DNA from: Nevskiaceae bacterium
Lineage (GTDB): Bacteria; Pseudomonadota; Gammaproteobacteria; Nevskiales; Nevskiaceae
Direction of reading: 5' to 3'
DNA: 64,000 bases
Assembly (NCBI GenBank): GCA_004297005.1
Contig: SCVA01000020.1
Coordinates: 12,789-76,788, forward strand
Below are positions 48,868 through 57,170 of the stretch, one piece after another (position 1 is the first letter of the stretch; the number at the start of each line of letters is the position of its first letter). The position numbers and the translations under genes were made by a program. The notes under the pieces were generated by a model, which saw nothing but the letters and a program-made list of their open reading frames with translations, did not search any database and had not been told where the DNA came from.

Positions 48868-49116
48868 TCAGGAGTGGCTGGCCTTGGCGTGCTCGGCCTC
48901 GCAGGCGGCGCTATCGACCGTCGCCACCGCGACGCCATCGGCCGACTTCGCCGCCACCGTCGCCGGGTCCGGCGCGCAGCGCAGCTCGCGCGGCGCCGGC
49001 GCAAAGCTGGCCTCCGGCGCGTGCGAGGGGCCGCAGGCGGCGAGGCCAGCGGCCAGCGCCAGGCCCAGACAGAGGCTGGCGGCGGCGCGGCTAAAGCTTT
49101 GGGCGTGATGGGTCAT
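48868..49116 (-). CDS. small (82-aa) predicted lipoprotein of unknown function
   Basis: MTHHAQSFSRAAASLCLGLALAAGLAAC-G lipobox. GC3-rich codons. ATGA overlap with the upstream HD gene, and only 8 nt before the PLC start. Two further Cys residues and a His-rich end (EAEHAKASHS). Confidence 0.55.
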   Translation of the reverse strand: MTHHAQSFSRAAASLCLGLALAAGLAACGPSHAPEASFAPAPRELRCAPDPATVAAKSADGVAVATVDSAACEAEHAKASHS

Positions 49117-49721
49117 GGCGTGGCTCCGGTCTGGGCTGACAGCGAATCGGGGGTTGCGGCTGGCGTCCACGTCTCGGCCTGGGCGCGACGCAGATGCGGG
49201 AGAAAATGATCGGCCTCGGGGCTGCGCGCCGAGGGGTCCTTGGCCTGGTCGTCGTAGCGGCGCAGACGCAGCGCCGCCTGCGCCTGCGGCAGGCGGATGA
49301 AGGCGGCGGCCTCGTCGGCCGACATCACCCCGCCCTGCACCGCCAGGCTGGCGCGGGAGGCCTCGGACAGCGCCGCGAGGTAGCCCGGCTCCAGCGCGCA
49401 GAGGTAGCGCTTGGCCTGCACATGCAGGCGCACCGGCTCCACCACGGCGGCGCCGAACTCGCGCTTGAGCAGGCGCAGCGCGCGCAGCTCGTGATGGTCG
49501 TCCTCGCCGCGCGCCAGGCGCGCCACCTCGCTGCCGTCGACCAGATGGCCGAGATCGTGCAGCAGCGCGGCGGCCACCAGCGGCGCGCCCTCGCCCGCCG
49601 CCTCGGCGAGGCTGGCGGCTTGCAGGGCGTGGGCCAACTGGCTCACCGGCTCGTAGCCGTACTGCCCGCCGCCCCGGCTCACCAGCAGCTCCAGCAGGCG
49701 CTCGACGCCCTCGCCGCTCAC
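49113..49721 (-). CDS. HD-domain protein of the phosphonate-operon-associated (PhnZ-like) type
   Basis: 202 aa. H..Q helix (SQLAHALQAASLAE), LLHDLGH, DDHHE, HVQAKRYL: the ligand pattern of PhnZ-type diiron HD oxygenases. Embedded in a phosphonatase cluster. Confidence 0.7.
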   Translation of the reverse strand: MSGEGVERLLELLVSRGGGQYGYEPVSQLAHALQAASLAEAAGEGAPLVAAALLHDLGHLVDGSEVARLARGEDDHHELRALRLLKREFGAAVVEPVRLHVQAKRYLCALEPGYLAALSEASRASLAVQGGVMSADEAAAFIRLPQAQAALRLRRYDDQAKDPSARSPEADHFLPHLRRAQAETWTPAATPDSLSAQTGATP

Positions 49722-50857
49722 AGTCGCGCCTCCAGCACTTCCTCGGCGAGCCCGAACGACAGCGTCATGCCGGCGCCGCCCAGGCCGTTGACCACGGTCA
49801 CGCCCTTGAGCGGATCGGCGACGAGCTCGGTGCCGCCCTTGAGCTTGGGGTAGATGCCGTGCCAGCTCCGCGCCGGGCGATGTCCTGGCAGGCGCATGAA
49901 CTCGTGGATGTAGTCGAGGATGGCCTGGTTGATCTCCTCGCGGTCGAAGGGCTCCAGGGTGTGGCCGTACTCGTGCGAGTCGCCGAGGATCAGCTCGCCG
50001 CTGGCGTGCTGCGAGATCAGCGCGTGGATGCCCCAGCGCCTTTGCAGCGGATAGACCGCGTCGGCGCGCGCGCGCAGCGCCGGCAGGCTATCGGTGCAGC
50101 CGTTGAAGGCGTCGTAATGCAGCAGCGTGAGGCCGGCGCAGAGGCCGGGGCCCAGGCGGTAGCCGCTGTCTTCCGGCGCCACCGAGAGCATCTGCAGCTT
50201 GCACAGCGTCAACGGCGCCAGCAGTTGCGGGAACAGGGTCTGCAGGTCCGGGCCACTGCACACGAAGACATGGCCGGCGCGGATGCGCCCCTGCTCGGTA
50301 TAGAGCAGGCCGCTGTCGATGCCGGTGACCATGCAGCGATTGAGCAGGCGCACGCCCCACTGCTCGGCCAGATGGCTTGCCAGGCCGCGCACGCACAGCG
50401 GCGAGGTGGCGGTGAGTTCGGTGGCGCTCCACAGCGCGCCGAGCAGACCCTCGCGACGCAAGGCCGGCGCCCGGGCGACCGCCTCGTCGGGCGTCAGCAG
50501 GCGCATCTCGTAACCGGCATCGGCGTAACGGGCGAGGAATTCCTCCAGCACCGCCAGCTCGGTGGGATGCCGCGCCGCGTGCAGGCTGCCGCTTTCCGCC
50601 AGCGGCAGGCCGGCCGCGGCCTTGAGATCCAGCCAGTGCCGGCGGCTGCGCATAGCGCGGTCCAGCAGCAGGCCGGGCGGCTGGCCGATGGGCCAGATCA
50701 GGCCGAAGTTGCGCACCGAGGCGCCGACCGCGAACTCGCTGCGGTCGATCAGCGCCACCTTCAGGCCGCGACGCGCGGCCTGATAGGCATGAGCGAGGCC
50801 GACGATGCCGGCGCCGACCACGGCGACGTCGAAGTCACGCGCGCTATCCGCGCTCAT
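49718..50857 (-). CDS. FAD-dependent (DAO-family) oxidoreductase of the phosphonate-cluster-associated type
   Basis: DVAVVGAGIVGLAHAY dinucleotide fold, RNFGLIWPIGQ. 379 aa. ATGA overlaps with both phnX and the HD gene. Confidence 0.75.
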   Translation of the reverse strand: MSADSARDFDVAVVGAGIVGLAHAYQAARRGLKVALIDRSEFAVGASVRNFGLIWPIGQPPGLLLDRAMRSRRHWLDLKAAAGLPLAESGSLHAARHPTELAVLEEFLARYADAGYEMRLLTPDEAVARAPALRREGLLGALWSATELTATSPLCVRGLASHLAEQWGVRLLNRCMVTGIDSGLLYTEQGRIRAGHVFVCSGPDLQTLFPQLLAPLTLCKLQMLSVAPEDSGYRLGPGLCAGLTLLHYDAFNGCTDSLPALRARADAVYPLQRRWGIHALISQHASGELILGDSHEYGHTLEPFDREEINQAILDYIHEFMRLPGHRPARSWHGIYPKLKGGTELVADPLKGVTVVNGLGGAGMTLSFGLAEEVLEARL

Positions 50858-51687
50858 GGCCGTTCACCGCAGGTAAGGCGCATCTCGATGTCGTCGAGGC
50901 AGGCTTCCAGACCGGCGACGCTGTCGATCACGTAGTGGGCGCCGGCCTGCTTCAGGCGCTGGCTGGCGGCGGCGGCGCGGGCGCTGCGCTCACCTGGCGG
51001 CAGCCGCGCCCAATCGTCCAGAGACAGGCCCAGCTCGTTGCCGCTCAGACTCACGGCCACCGTCCACATGCCGGCGGACAAGCCTTCCTGGATGCCGGCC
51101 ACGGTGTCGTCCACCTTCACGCAGGCCTGCACGCAGGACACCCCCAGGCGCAACGCGTTGAGCAGCGCGAGATCGGGCCAGGGCCGGCCGCGCGGTGCGT
51201 CCTCGGCGGCGAGGCTGCAATCCGGCGCATAGCCCTGCGCCAGCGCCGCGCGCTCGCAGAGCGCCAGCATCTCGCGGTTGTAGCCGGTGTTGGCGCCGAT
51301 TTTCAGGCCGCGCGCGCGCAGCCGCTGCACCAGGGCCACCGCGCCGGGAATCATCCGGGCGTTGCTGGCGATGGTCGCGAGCTGGATCGGCAGGAACTCC
51401 CGGTACAGCCGGTCGACGTCGGCCTCGCTGGCGGCACGGCCCTTGGCAGCCTGCCAGTCGGCGGCCACCGCCGGGATCGCCAGCAAGCGACGGATGTGCT
51501 CGCGCTTCTCGGTGCCCATGGGCTCGCGCGCCTGGGCCGGGCTCAGCGCCAGGCCTTCGCGGCGGAACAGTTCGACAAAAGCCTCGACCGGCGCCAGGCA
51601 GCCGTAGTCGATGACAGTGCCGGCCCAGTCGAAGATCACCGCCTGCAGCGGGCCGGCGTAGCGACGTTGGTAACGATACGGAGTCAT
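50854..51687 (-). CDS. phnX: phosphonoacetaldehyde hydrolase (phosphonatase)
   Basis: 277 aa from ATG 51687. LQAVIFDWAGTVIDYG (HAD motif I), EPMGTEKREH (Schiff-base Lys region), GRPWP, KVDDTVAGIQEGLSAGMWTV. Aligns by eye with P. aeruginosa PhnX. Confidence 0.9.
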   Translation of the reverse strand: MTPYRYQRRYAGPLQAVIFDWAGTVIDYGCLAPVEAFVELFRREGLALSPAQAREPMGTEKREHIRRLLAIPAVAADWQAAKGRAASEADVDRLYREFLPIQLATIASNARMIPGAVALVQRLRARGLKIGANTGYNREMLALCERAALAQGYAPDCSLAAEDAPRGRPWPDLALLNALRLGVSCVQACVKVDDTVAGIQEGLSAGMWTVAVSLSGNELGLSLDDWARLPPGERSARAAAASQRLKQAGAHYVIDSVAGLEACLDDIEMRLTCGERP

Positions 51688-51695
51688 GGTCGGAA

Positions 51696-53387
51696 CTAGG
51701 ACTGGCGCCAGTGCTGTAGACGCGCCAGCAGGAACTTCGACACCAGCCAGTGCAGCAGGCGCACCAGCAGGCAGGCCAGCACGATCAGCACCGCCATCGC
51801 GCAGGCTTCGGCGGTCTCGCCGGAGTCGTCGAGATTGAGCGAGGCGACCGAAGCCAGGGTGGTGTCGGTGGCGTAGAGGAAGATCACCGCCGAGACGGTG
51901 CGGATACCGTTGACGAACAGGTAGAACCAGATGTCGAGGATGGCCGGCAGGCAGACCGGCAGCGTCACCTTGCGCAGCAGCCGCCAGGCCGGCGCGCCGA
52001 GCATGGCGTTGGCGGCCTCGAACTCGCGGTCGAGCTGGTTGATGGCGGTGGCGGCGGTCATGTGCACCACGCTGTAGAAGTGCACCACGGTGCAGATCAC
52101 CAAGAGACTCATGCCGCCGTAAAGCACGTTCAGCGGATTGCCCGGCGCGTTGAAGTAGAAGACGTAACCGAGACCGAGCACCAGGCCGGGGATCGCCAGC
52201 GGCAGCATCGCGAACAGGCGGAAGGCATTGCGCAGCACCACGCCCTTGCGGCCCTTCTCGGTGAAGTAGGCGAACAGGAACACCAGCACGGTGCCGAAGC
52301 AGGCGGTGTGGAAGGCCAGTTCCAGCGAGTTGCGGAAGGCGCGCCAGCCGGTGCCGGGCACCGACTCGAAGCGGTAGTTGTCCAGGGTCAGCGTCAGGTT
52401 GTAAGGCCAGTAGCTGACCAGCGAGGCGTACACCGCCATGCCCATGACCGCCAGCACCGCCGCCGACAGCAGCAGCGCGTAGCCCCCGGCCAGGCCGTCG
52501 CGCAAGCGGTCCGGCGGCGGCGTGTAGCGGGTGGCGCGCGCGCCCAGGGCGGCGCTCTGCTTGCTCGCCGACCAGCGGTCCACCGCGAAGCTCAGCAGCG
52601 CCGGCAGGATCAGCACCAGACTGATCGCCGAGCCCATGCCGAAGTTGTGCTGGCCGATGACCTGCTTGTAGATGTCGGTGGGCAGCACGTTGTACTGACC
52701 GCCGATCACCTTGGGCACGCCGAAGTCGGTGAACACCTGGGTGAACACCACCACCGCCGAACCGATCAGGCCGTAGCGCACCGAGGGCAAGGTGACGGTG
52801 CGGAACACCCGGAACGGACTGGCGCCGAGCACCCGCGCCGCCTCGAACAGGCGGCCGTCGGCATTGGCGAAGGCGGTGCTCAAAATCAGAAAGGCCAGCG
52901 GCAGGGTCCAGAACACCGAGCCGATGACGATGCCCACCGGCCCGTACAGCTCGGCGCCGAACAGCAGACCCTTGGCCAGGCCCTGCTCGCCGAACCAGTA
53001 GACCAGCGCCAGACCCGGCATCAGCGAGGGCGCCATCAGCGGCAGAAACAGCACCAGCCGCAGCAGCCCACGCCCCGGCAGCAAGGTGCGCGACACGCTG
53101 TAGGCGGCGAGAAAGGCCAGCGTCACCGAGATCAGCGTCGACACCGTGGACACCCACAGCGAGTTGCGCAGCGAGCGCTGCAAGGCCGGGTCGGCGAGAT
53201 AGCCGAGAAAGCGGGCAAAGCCGACCCAGCGGCCGGAGTCGTCGAAGAAGGCGTGCTCGACCAGGGTGCCCAGCGGCAGCAGCAGGGTCGGCACCGCCAG
53301 CGCCAGCGCGAACAGCAGCAGGCCGCGATCCGACAGGCCCTGCCAGAGCGGGCGCCAGCGCGGCAGCTTCAGGGCCAGGCTGCTCAT
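51696..53387 (-). CDS. ABC transporter fused double permease (2-aminoethylphosphonate/iron(III)-type, PhnU-like)
   Basis: 563 aa from ATG 53387 (MSSLALKLPRW). Two tandem 6-TM permease halves, each with an EAA-like loop (EAARVLGASPFRVFRTVTLP; EAANAMLGAPAWRLLRKVTLP). Confidence 0.82.
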   Translation of the reverse strand: MSSLALKLPRWRPLWQGLSDRGLLLFALALAVPTLLLPLGTLVEHAFFDDSGRWVGFARFLGYLADPALQRSLRNSLWVSTVSTLISVTLAFLAAYSVSRTLLPGRGLLRLVLFLPLMAPSLMPGLALVYWFGEQGLAKGLLFGAELYGPVGIVIGSVFWTLPLAFLILSTAFANADGRLFEAARVLGASPFRVFRTVTLPSVRYGLIGSAVVVFTQVFTDFGVPKVIGGQYNVLPTDIYKQVIGQHNFGMGSAISLVLILPALLSFAVDRWSASKQSAALGARATRYTPPPDRLRDGLAGGYALLLSAAVLAVMGMAVYASLVSYWPYNLTLTLDNYRFESVPGTGWRAFRNSLELAFHTACFGTVLVFLFAYFTEKGRKGVVLRNAFRLFAMLPLAIPGLVLGLGYVFYFNAPGNPLNVLYGGMSLLVICTVVHFYSVVHMTAATAINQLDREFEAANAMLGAPAWRLLRKVTLPVCLPAILDIWFYLFVNGIRTVSAVIFLYATDTTLASVASLNLDDSGETAEACAMAVLIVLACLLVRLLHWLVSKFLLARLQHWRQS

Positions 53388-54454
53388 GCCGCCGCCGACT
53401 CGCTCAGGGGCTCGGCGGGAAACAGCCGCAGGTAGTCGGGATTGAAGTCCAGCGCCAGCGCCCCGCCCACCTCCGGCAGGCCGGCGGCGGCCTCCACCGG
53501 CAGCAGCAACTGCAATTCGCTGCCGTCCGCCAGCCGCGCCAGCAGGCGCAACTGGCTGCCCAGGAACTCGCGCGCCAGCAGCGTCGCCGGCAGGCCGCTG
53601 GCGGCCAGCCGCACCCGCTCGGGGCGGATGCCGGCAGTGATCGGCAGGCCGGGCAGCAGCGAAGCCGGCTGTGGCAGCTCGATGAGCGTGCCAGCGACTT
53701 CCAGCAGGCTGGCATTGCGCAGCCGCGCCGGCAGGAAGTTCATCGCCCCCACGAAGTCGGCGACGAAGCGGGTGCGCGGCTGCTCGTAGATCTCGTAGGG
53801 CGTGCCCACCTGCTCGATCTCGCCGCGATTCATCACCACGATGCGGTCGGCCATGGTCAGCGCCTCTTCCTGATCGTGGGTGACCATGATGGTGGTCACG
53901 CCCAGTTGCGCCTGCAAAGCCTTGATCTGGCTGCGCAGGTGCACCCGCACGCGGGCGTCGAGCGCCGACAGCGGCTCGTCGAGCAGCAAGAGGCCGGGCT
54001 TGGGCGCGAGCGCGCGGGCCAGGGCAACGCGTTGCTGCTGCCCCCCCGAGCACTGCGCCGGATACTTGCGCTCGAAGCCTTCCAGGCCGACCGTCGCCAG
54101 CAACTCGCGCGCCCTAGTCTCGCGCTCGGCGCGCGGCAGCTTGCCGACCAGGCCGTAGGCGACGTTGTCCAGCACCGTGAGGTTGGGGAACAGCGCGTAG
54201 GACTGGAAGACGATGCCGAATCCGCGCTTCTCGGCCGGCAGCGCAGAGATTTCCGCCTCGCCCTGGTGGATGCTGCCGGCGCTCTGCGGGTCGAGGCCGG
54301 CGATGGCGCGCAGCAGGGTGGTCTTGCCGCAGCCGGAGGGGCCGAGGAAGCACAGGAACTCGCCGGCATGCACGTCGAGATGGATGCGATCCAGCGCGAT
54401 GGCCTGGCCATAGCGCTTCTGCAGCTTGCGGATGCGGAGCAGCGGCTCGGTCAT
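53384..54454 (-). CDS. ABC transporter ATP-binding protein (PhnT-like)
   Basis: Walker A GPSGCGKTT, signature CSGGQQQRVALARAL, Walker B LLLLDEPLSALD. C-terminal TOBE-like domain. Confidence 0.9.
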   Translation of the reverse strand: MTEPLLRIRKLQKRYGQAIALDRIHLDVHAGEFLCFLGPSGCGKTTLLRAIAGLDPQSAGSIHQGEAEISALPAEKRGFGIVFQSYALFPNLTVLDNVAYGLVGKLPRAERETRARELLATVGLEGFERKYPAQCSGGQQQRVALARALAPKPGLLLLDEPLSALDARVRVHLRSQIKALQAQLGVTTIMVTHDQEEALTMADRIVVMNRGEIEQVGTPYEIYEQPRTRFVADFVGAMNFLPARLRNASLLEVAGTLIELPQPASLLPGLPITAGIRPERVRLAASGLPATLLAREFLGSQLRLLARLADGSELQLLLPVEAAAGLPEVGGALALDFNPDYLRLFPAEPLSESAAA

Positions 54455-54475
54455 GGGGAGCGGTTCCGGCGCGGC

Positions 54476-55537
54476 CTAGGTCTTGGGCTCGGTCTTGCTG
54501 GAGTAGCGCTTCTGCCACTCCGCCAGCACCCGCTCGCGGTTGCCGGCGACCCAGGCGAAGTCGTTCTTGGCGTACTTGCTGGCGATGTCGGCCGGATAGC
54601 CGGTCACCGGCTGCGCCAGGGCCGGAATGCCGATCATCGGGTAGGCCTGGTTGTAGAGCTTGTTGGCGGTTTCGCTCACCGCGAAGTCCATCAGCTTCTT
54701 CACCGCCTCGGTCTTCTTGGTGCCGGCGACGATCGCCTGCGCCTCCATGTCCCAGCCCAGGCCCTCGCTGGCGAACACGATCTCCACCGGTGCGCCCTTG
54801 GCCTTCTGCTTGACGCCGGTATAGCCCAGCGAGATGCCCACCGGCACTTCGCCGGTGGCGACTTCCTTGCAGGGCTTGGAGCCGGAATGGGTGTAGCGCG
54901 CGATGTTGGCGTCCAGCGCGTTCATGTACTCCCAGGCCTTGTCCTCGCCCATCATCTGCAACCAGCCGGCGACAGCCAGGAAGCCGGTGCCCGAGGAGTT
55001 GGGATTGGGCATCACCACATAGCCCTTGTAGACCGGCTTGGTGAGATCGGCCCAACTGGCCGGCATCGGCAGGTTCTTCTTCTTCAGCTCTTCGGTGTTG
55101 ACGCAGATCGCCGCCTCGTAGGCGTCGGCGGCGGTCCACAGCGGCGGCGTGTGGCTGTCGACGAAGCGCGGATCGAGCTTTTCCACGCCCTGCGGCGCAT
55201 AGCCTTCCAGCAGCTTGTAGTTGTCGAGCAGCAGCAGCGAGCTGGCGGCCAGGCCCCAGACCGCGTCGGCACGCGGGTTGTCCTTCTCGGCCAGCAGGCG
55301 GGCGGTGATGACGCCGGTGGAATCGCGCACCCAGTCGATGCTGATGTTCGGGTTGGCGGCCTCGAAGGCCTGCTTGAAGGCCGGCAACTGCTCCGGCTCG
55401 AAGGCGGTGTAGACCACCAGGCTGGTCTTTTCGGCAGTGGCCGGGGCGGCGTCCTCGGCGCTCTTCTTGCCGCAGGCGGCAAGCAGGCTCAGCGCGGCGG
55501 CGGCCAGGGCGAGGTGCAGACGGTGCTTGATGAACAT
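54476..55537 (-). CDS. periplasmic substrate-binding lipoprotein of the 2-AEP/iron(III)-type ABC importer (PhnS-like)
   Basis: Signal/lipobox MFIKHRLHLALAAAALSLLAAC-G. SBP_bac_6-like pattern (LVVYTAFEPEQL...). Start at ATG 55537. Confidence 0.8.
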   Translation of the reverse strand: MFIKHRLHLALAAAALSLLAACGKKSAEDAAPATAEKTSLVVYTAFEPEQLPAFKQAFEAANPNISIDWVRDSTGVITARLLAEKDNPRADAVWGLAASSLLLLDNYKLLEGYAPQGVEKLDPRFVDSHTPPLWTAADAYEAAICVNTEELKKKNLPMPASWADLTKPVYKGYVVMPNPNSSGTGFLAVAGWLQMMGEDKAWEYMNALDANIARYTHSGSKPCKEVATGEVPVGISLGYTGVKQKAKGAPVEIVFASEGLGWDMEAQAIVAGTKKTEAVKKLMDFAVSETANKLYNQAYPMIGIPALAQPVTGYPADIASKYAKNDFAWVAGNRERVLAEWQKRYSSKTEPKT

Positions 55538-55566
55538 GGCGTTGGTATCCCGAAGAGACGCGGTGC

Positions 55567-56871
55567 TTAGAAAACCCACTGGACGCGGCCGACCACGGCG
55601 CGACCGCTGTCGCCAGCGGCGCCGGTGTCGAGGCCATCGACGGTGGCTTGGGTGACGTCCAGCGCCAGTTTCACGGCGCGGATCGGATACCAGTTGGCGC
55701 CCACCGTGTAGGCGTCGGCGCTGACCTCGGTGCCACCCTGCGGCGAGACCGTGGCGCTCTGGATGCGGGCGACCAGCTCGATGGCGCCGAAGCGGTGATT
55801 GGCGGGCACGATCTTGTCGAAGCGGCCATCCTTGCGCTTGTAGCCGCGCGATTCGCCGGTGAGCGTATAGGTGCCGGTGAGGTAGTAGCCGCTGACGTCA
55901 ATGTCGCCGCTGCCTTCGGCGCCGCCGATGCTGCGGCTCAGGTACTCGGCCTGGAAGGACATCGGCCCGAAGATGCCGGCCGCCTCCAAACCGTACTGGC
56001 TGTCGCTGTCGATGGGTTGGCTGGCCGCCAGGGTGAGCTTGCTGATGCCGTGGACGCCCAGTCGCGAGCGGACGTTGGTGGTGGCGCCGTCGCCGGGGTT
56101 CTGGTCGCCGTAGGAGAGTCCCAGATGCAGCACGCGGCCCTTGTCTACCCAGGGGGTGTAGACCAGGCGGCCGTTGAGGGCGTAGTGGTCCTTGCCGCTC
56201 TTGGTCGGCTCGTCCTCGGCGTAGGCGTCGGACAGTGCCAACTGGTAGACCAGGCCGGACTTGTTGCCGAACTCGAACAGCTTGCTGGCCTGCAGCGAGA
56301 ACTTGGTGATGTCATTGGCCGGCGCCAGCTCCCAGATATAGGCCAGCTCGGTGAGTGGCTGCCAGTTGGAGCTGGTGAGGATGTCCAGCGACACCGGGCG
56401 CTTGAAGCGGCCGACGGTGACATCGGCGTACTTGAAGCCGGTGTACTGCACCATCGCGGTGTCGATGGTGGTGGCGGTCTCGTCGATGCTGCGGGTGTCT
56501 TCGGCGAGATTGACCAGGAAGGTGTAGTTCCAGTCCTTGCTGTACCAGCCATTGAAGCCGAAGCGGGCGCGGCGCAGCTCGCTCTCGCTGCCGGTGGCGC
56601 CATCGCCACCCTGGTTGTAGAAGCCGTCGAAGTAGTTGACGTCGAACACCGTGCGGCCCTCGATGTCGAAACCGGCGCTGCCATCATCCGACTCGATGCT
56701 GAAACCGCCGCGGGTCTTCACCTTGAAGCCGATCTCGCGGACTTCCGGCTTGGCCGGTTCGGCCAGGGTCTGCACCGGAATGGTGTTGGTCATCGGCTGC
56801 TGCGCCGCGACCGAGTAGGAAACCGCGAGCAGGGCCGCTCCGGCGAGACGGGCAGGCAAAGACTGGTGCAT
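55567..56871 (-). CDS. phosphate-selective porin O/P (OprP/OprO) family outer-membrane porin
   Basis: Signal peptide ...AVSYSVAAQ. FQAEYLSR...SGYYLTGTYTLTGESRGYK...DGRFDKIVP...YTVGANWYP...GRVQWVF parallels P. aeruginosa OprP (FSAQAEYLRR..SGYYAQLAYTLTGEPRLYK..HTLGVNWY..RLQYVF). Confidence 0.82.
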   Translation of the reverse strand: MHQSLPARLAGAALLAVSYSVAAQQPMTNTIPVQTLAEPAKPEVREIGFKVKTRGGFSIESDDGSAGFDIEGRTVFDVNYFDGFYNQGGDGATGSESELRRARFGFNGWYSKDWNYTFLVNLAEDTRSIDETATTIDTAMVQYTGFKYADVTVGRFKRPVSLDILTSSNWQPLTELAYIWELAPANDITKFSLQASKLFEFGNKSGLVYQLALSDAYAEDEPTKSGKDHYALNGRLVYTPWVDKGRVLHLGLSYGDQNPGDGATTNVRSRLGVHGISKLTLAASQPIDSDSQYGLEAAGIFGPMSFQAEYLSRSIGGAEGSGDIDVSGYYLTGTYTLTGESRGYKRKDGRFDKIVPANHRFGAIELVARIQSATVSPQGGTEVSADAYTVGANWYPIRAVKLALDVTQATVDGLDTGAAGDSGRAVVGRVQWVF

Positions 56872-57170
56872 GGAAGTCCCTATTTCTTGAGCAGTGGGTA
56901 CGGAAGTGAAGTCAGCGCGGATCGCCGGAACCACCCCGGATGGGGCTTCGAGCTTGGCTGGGAGTCTAGGCAGCGCCTCGCGGCGGCCATTTGACATTTG
57001 GATACAAGTTGACCGCACCCGCTTGGTGCGCCTGCACCAGCGCTGACAATTTCGCCAGCCACCCCGCGCCGCGGGCCGGCGAACCCAGCCAAAAAACCGG
57101 GGTCGGATGCGCTGCTTCGCCGCAACTGAATCTAAACTTCGCGCGCCTGCCCCCAAAAAAACGCCAGCTC

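Noticed and set aside
56872-57170. Searched the porin/opgD divergent region for a PhoB box (two 7-bp CTGTCAT-like repeats at 11-bp spacing), to support phosphate-starvation control of the long array.
   Set aside because: Only isolated TGTCA/TTGAC(A/C) hexamers were found (56991-56997 and 57009-57015, 18 bp apart), plus CTGACAA at about 57043. None has the required periodicity. Pho control remains an untested hypothesis.
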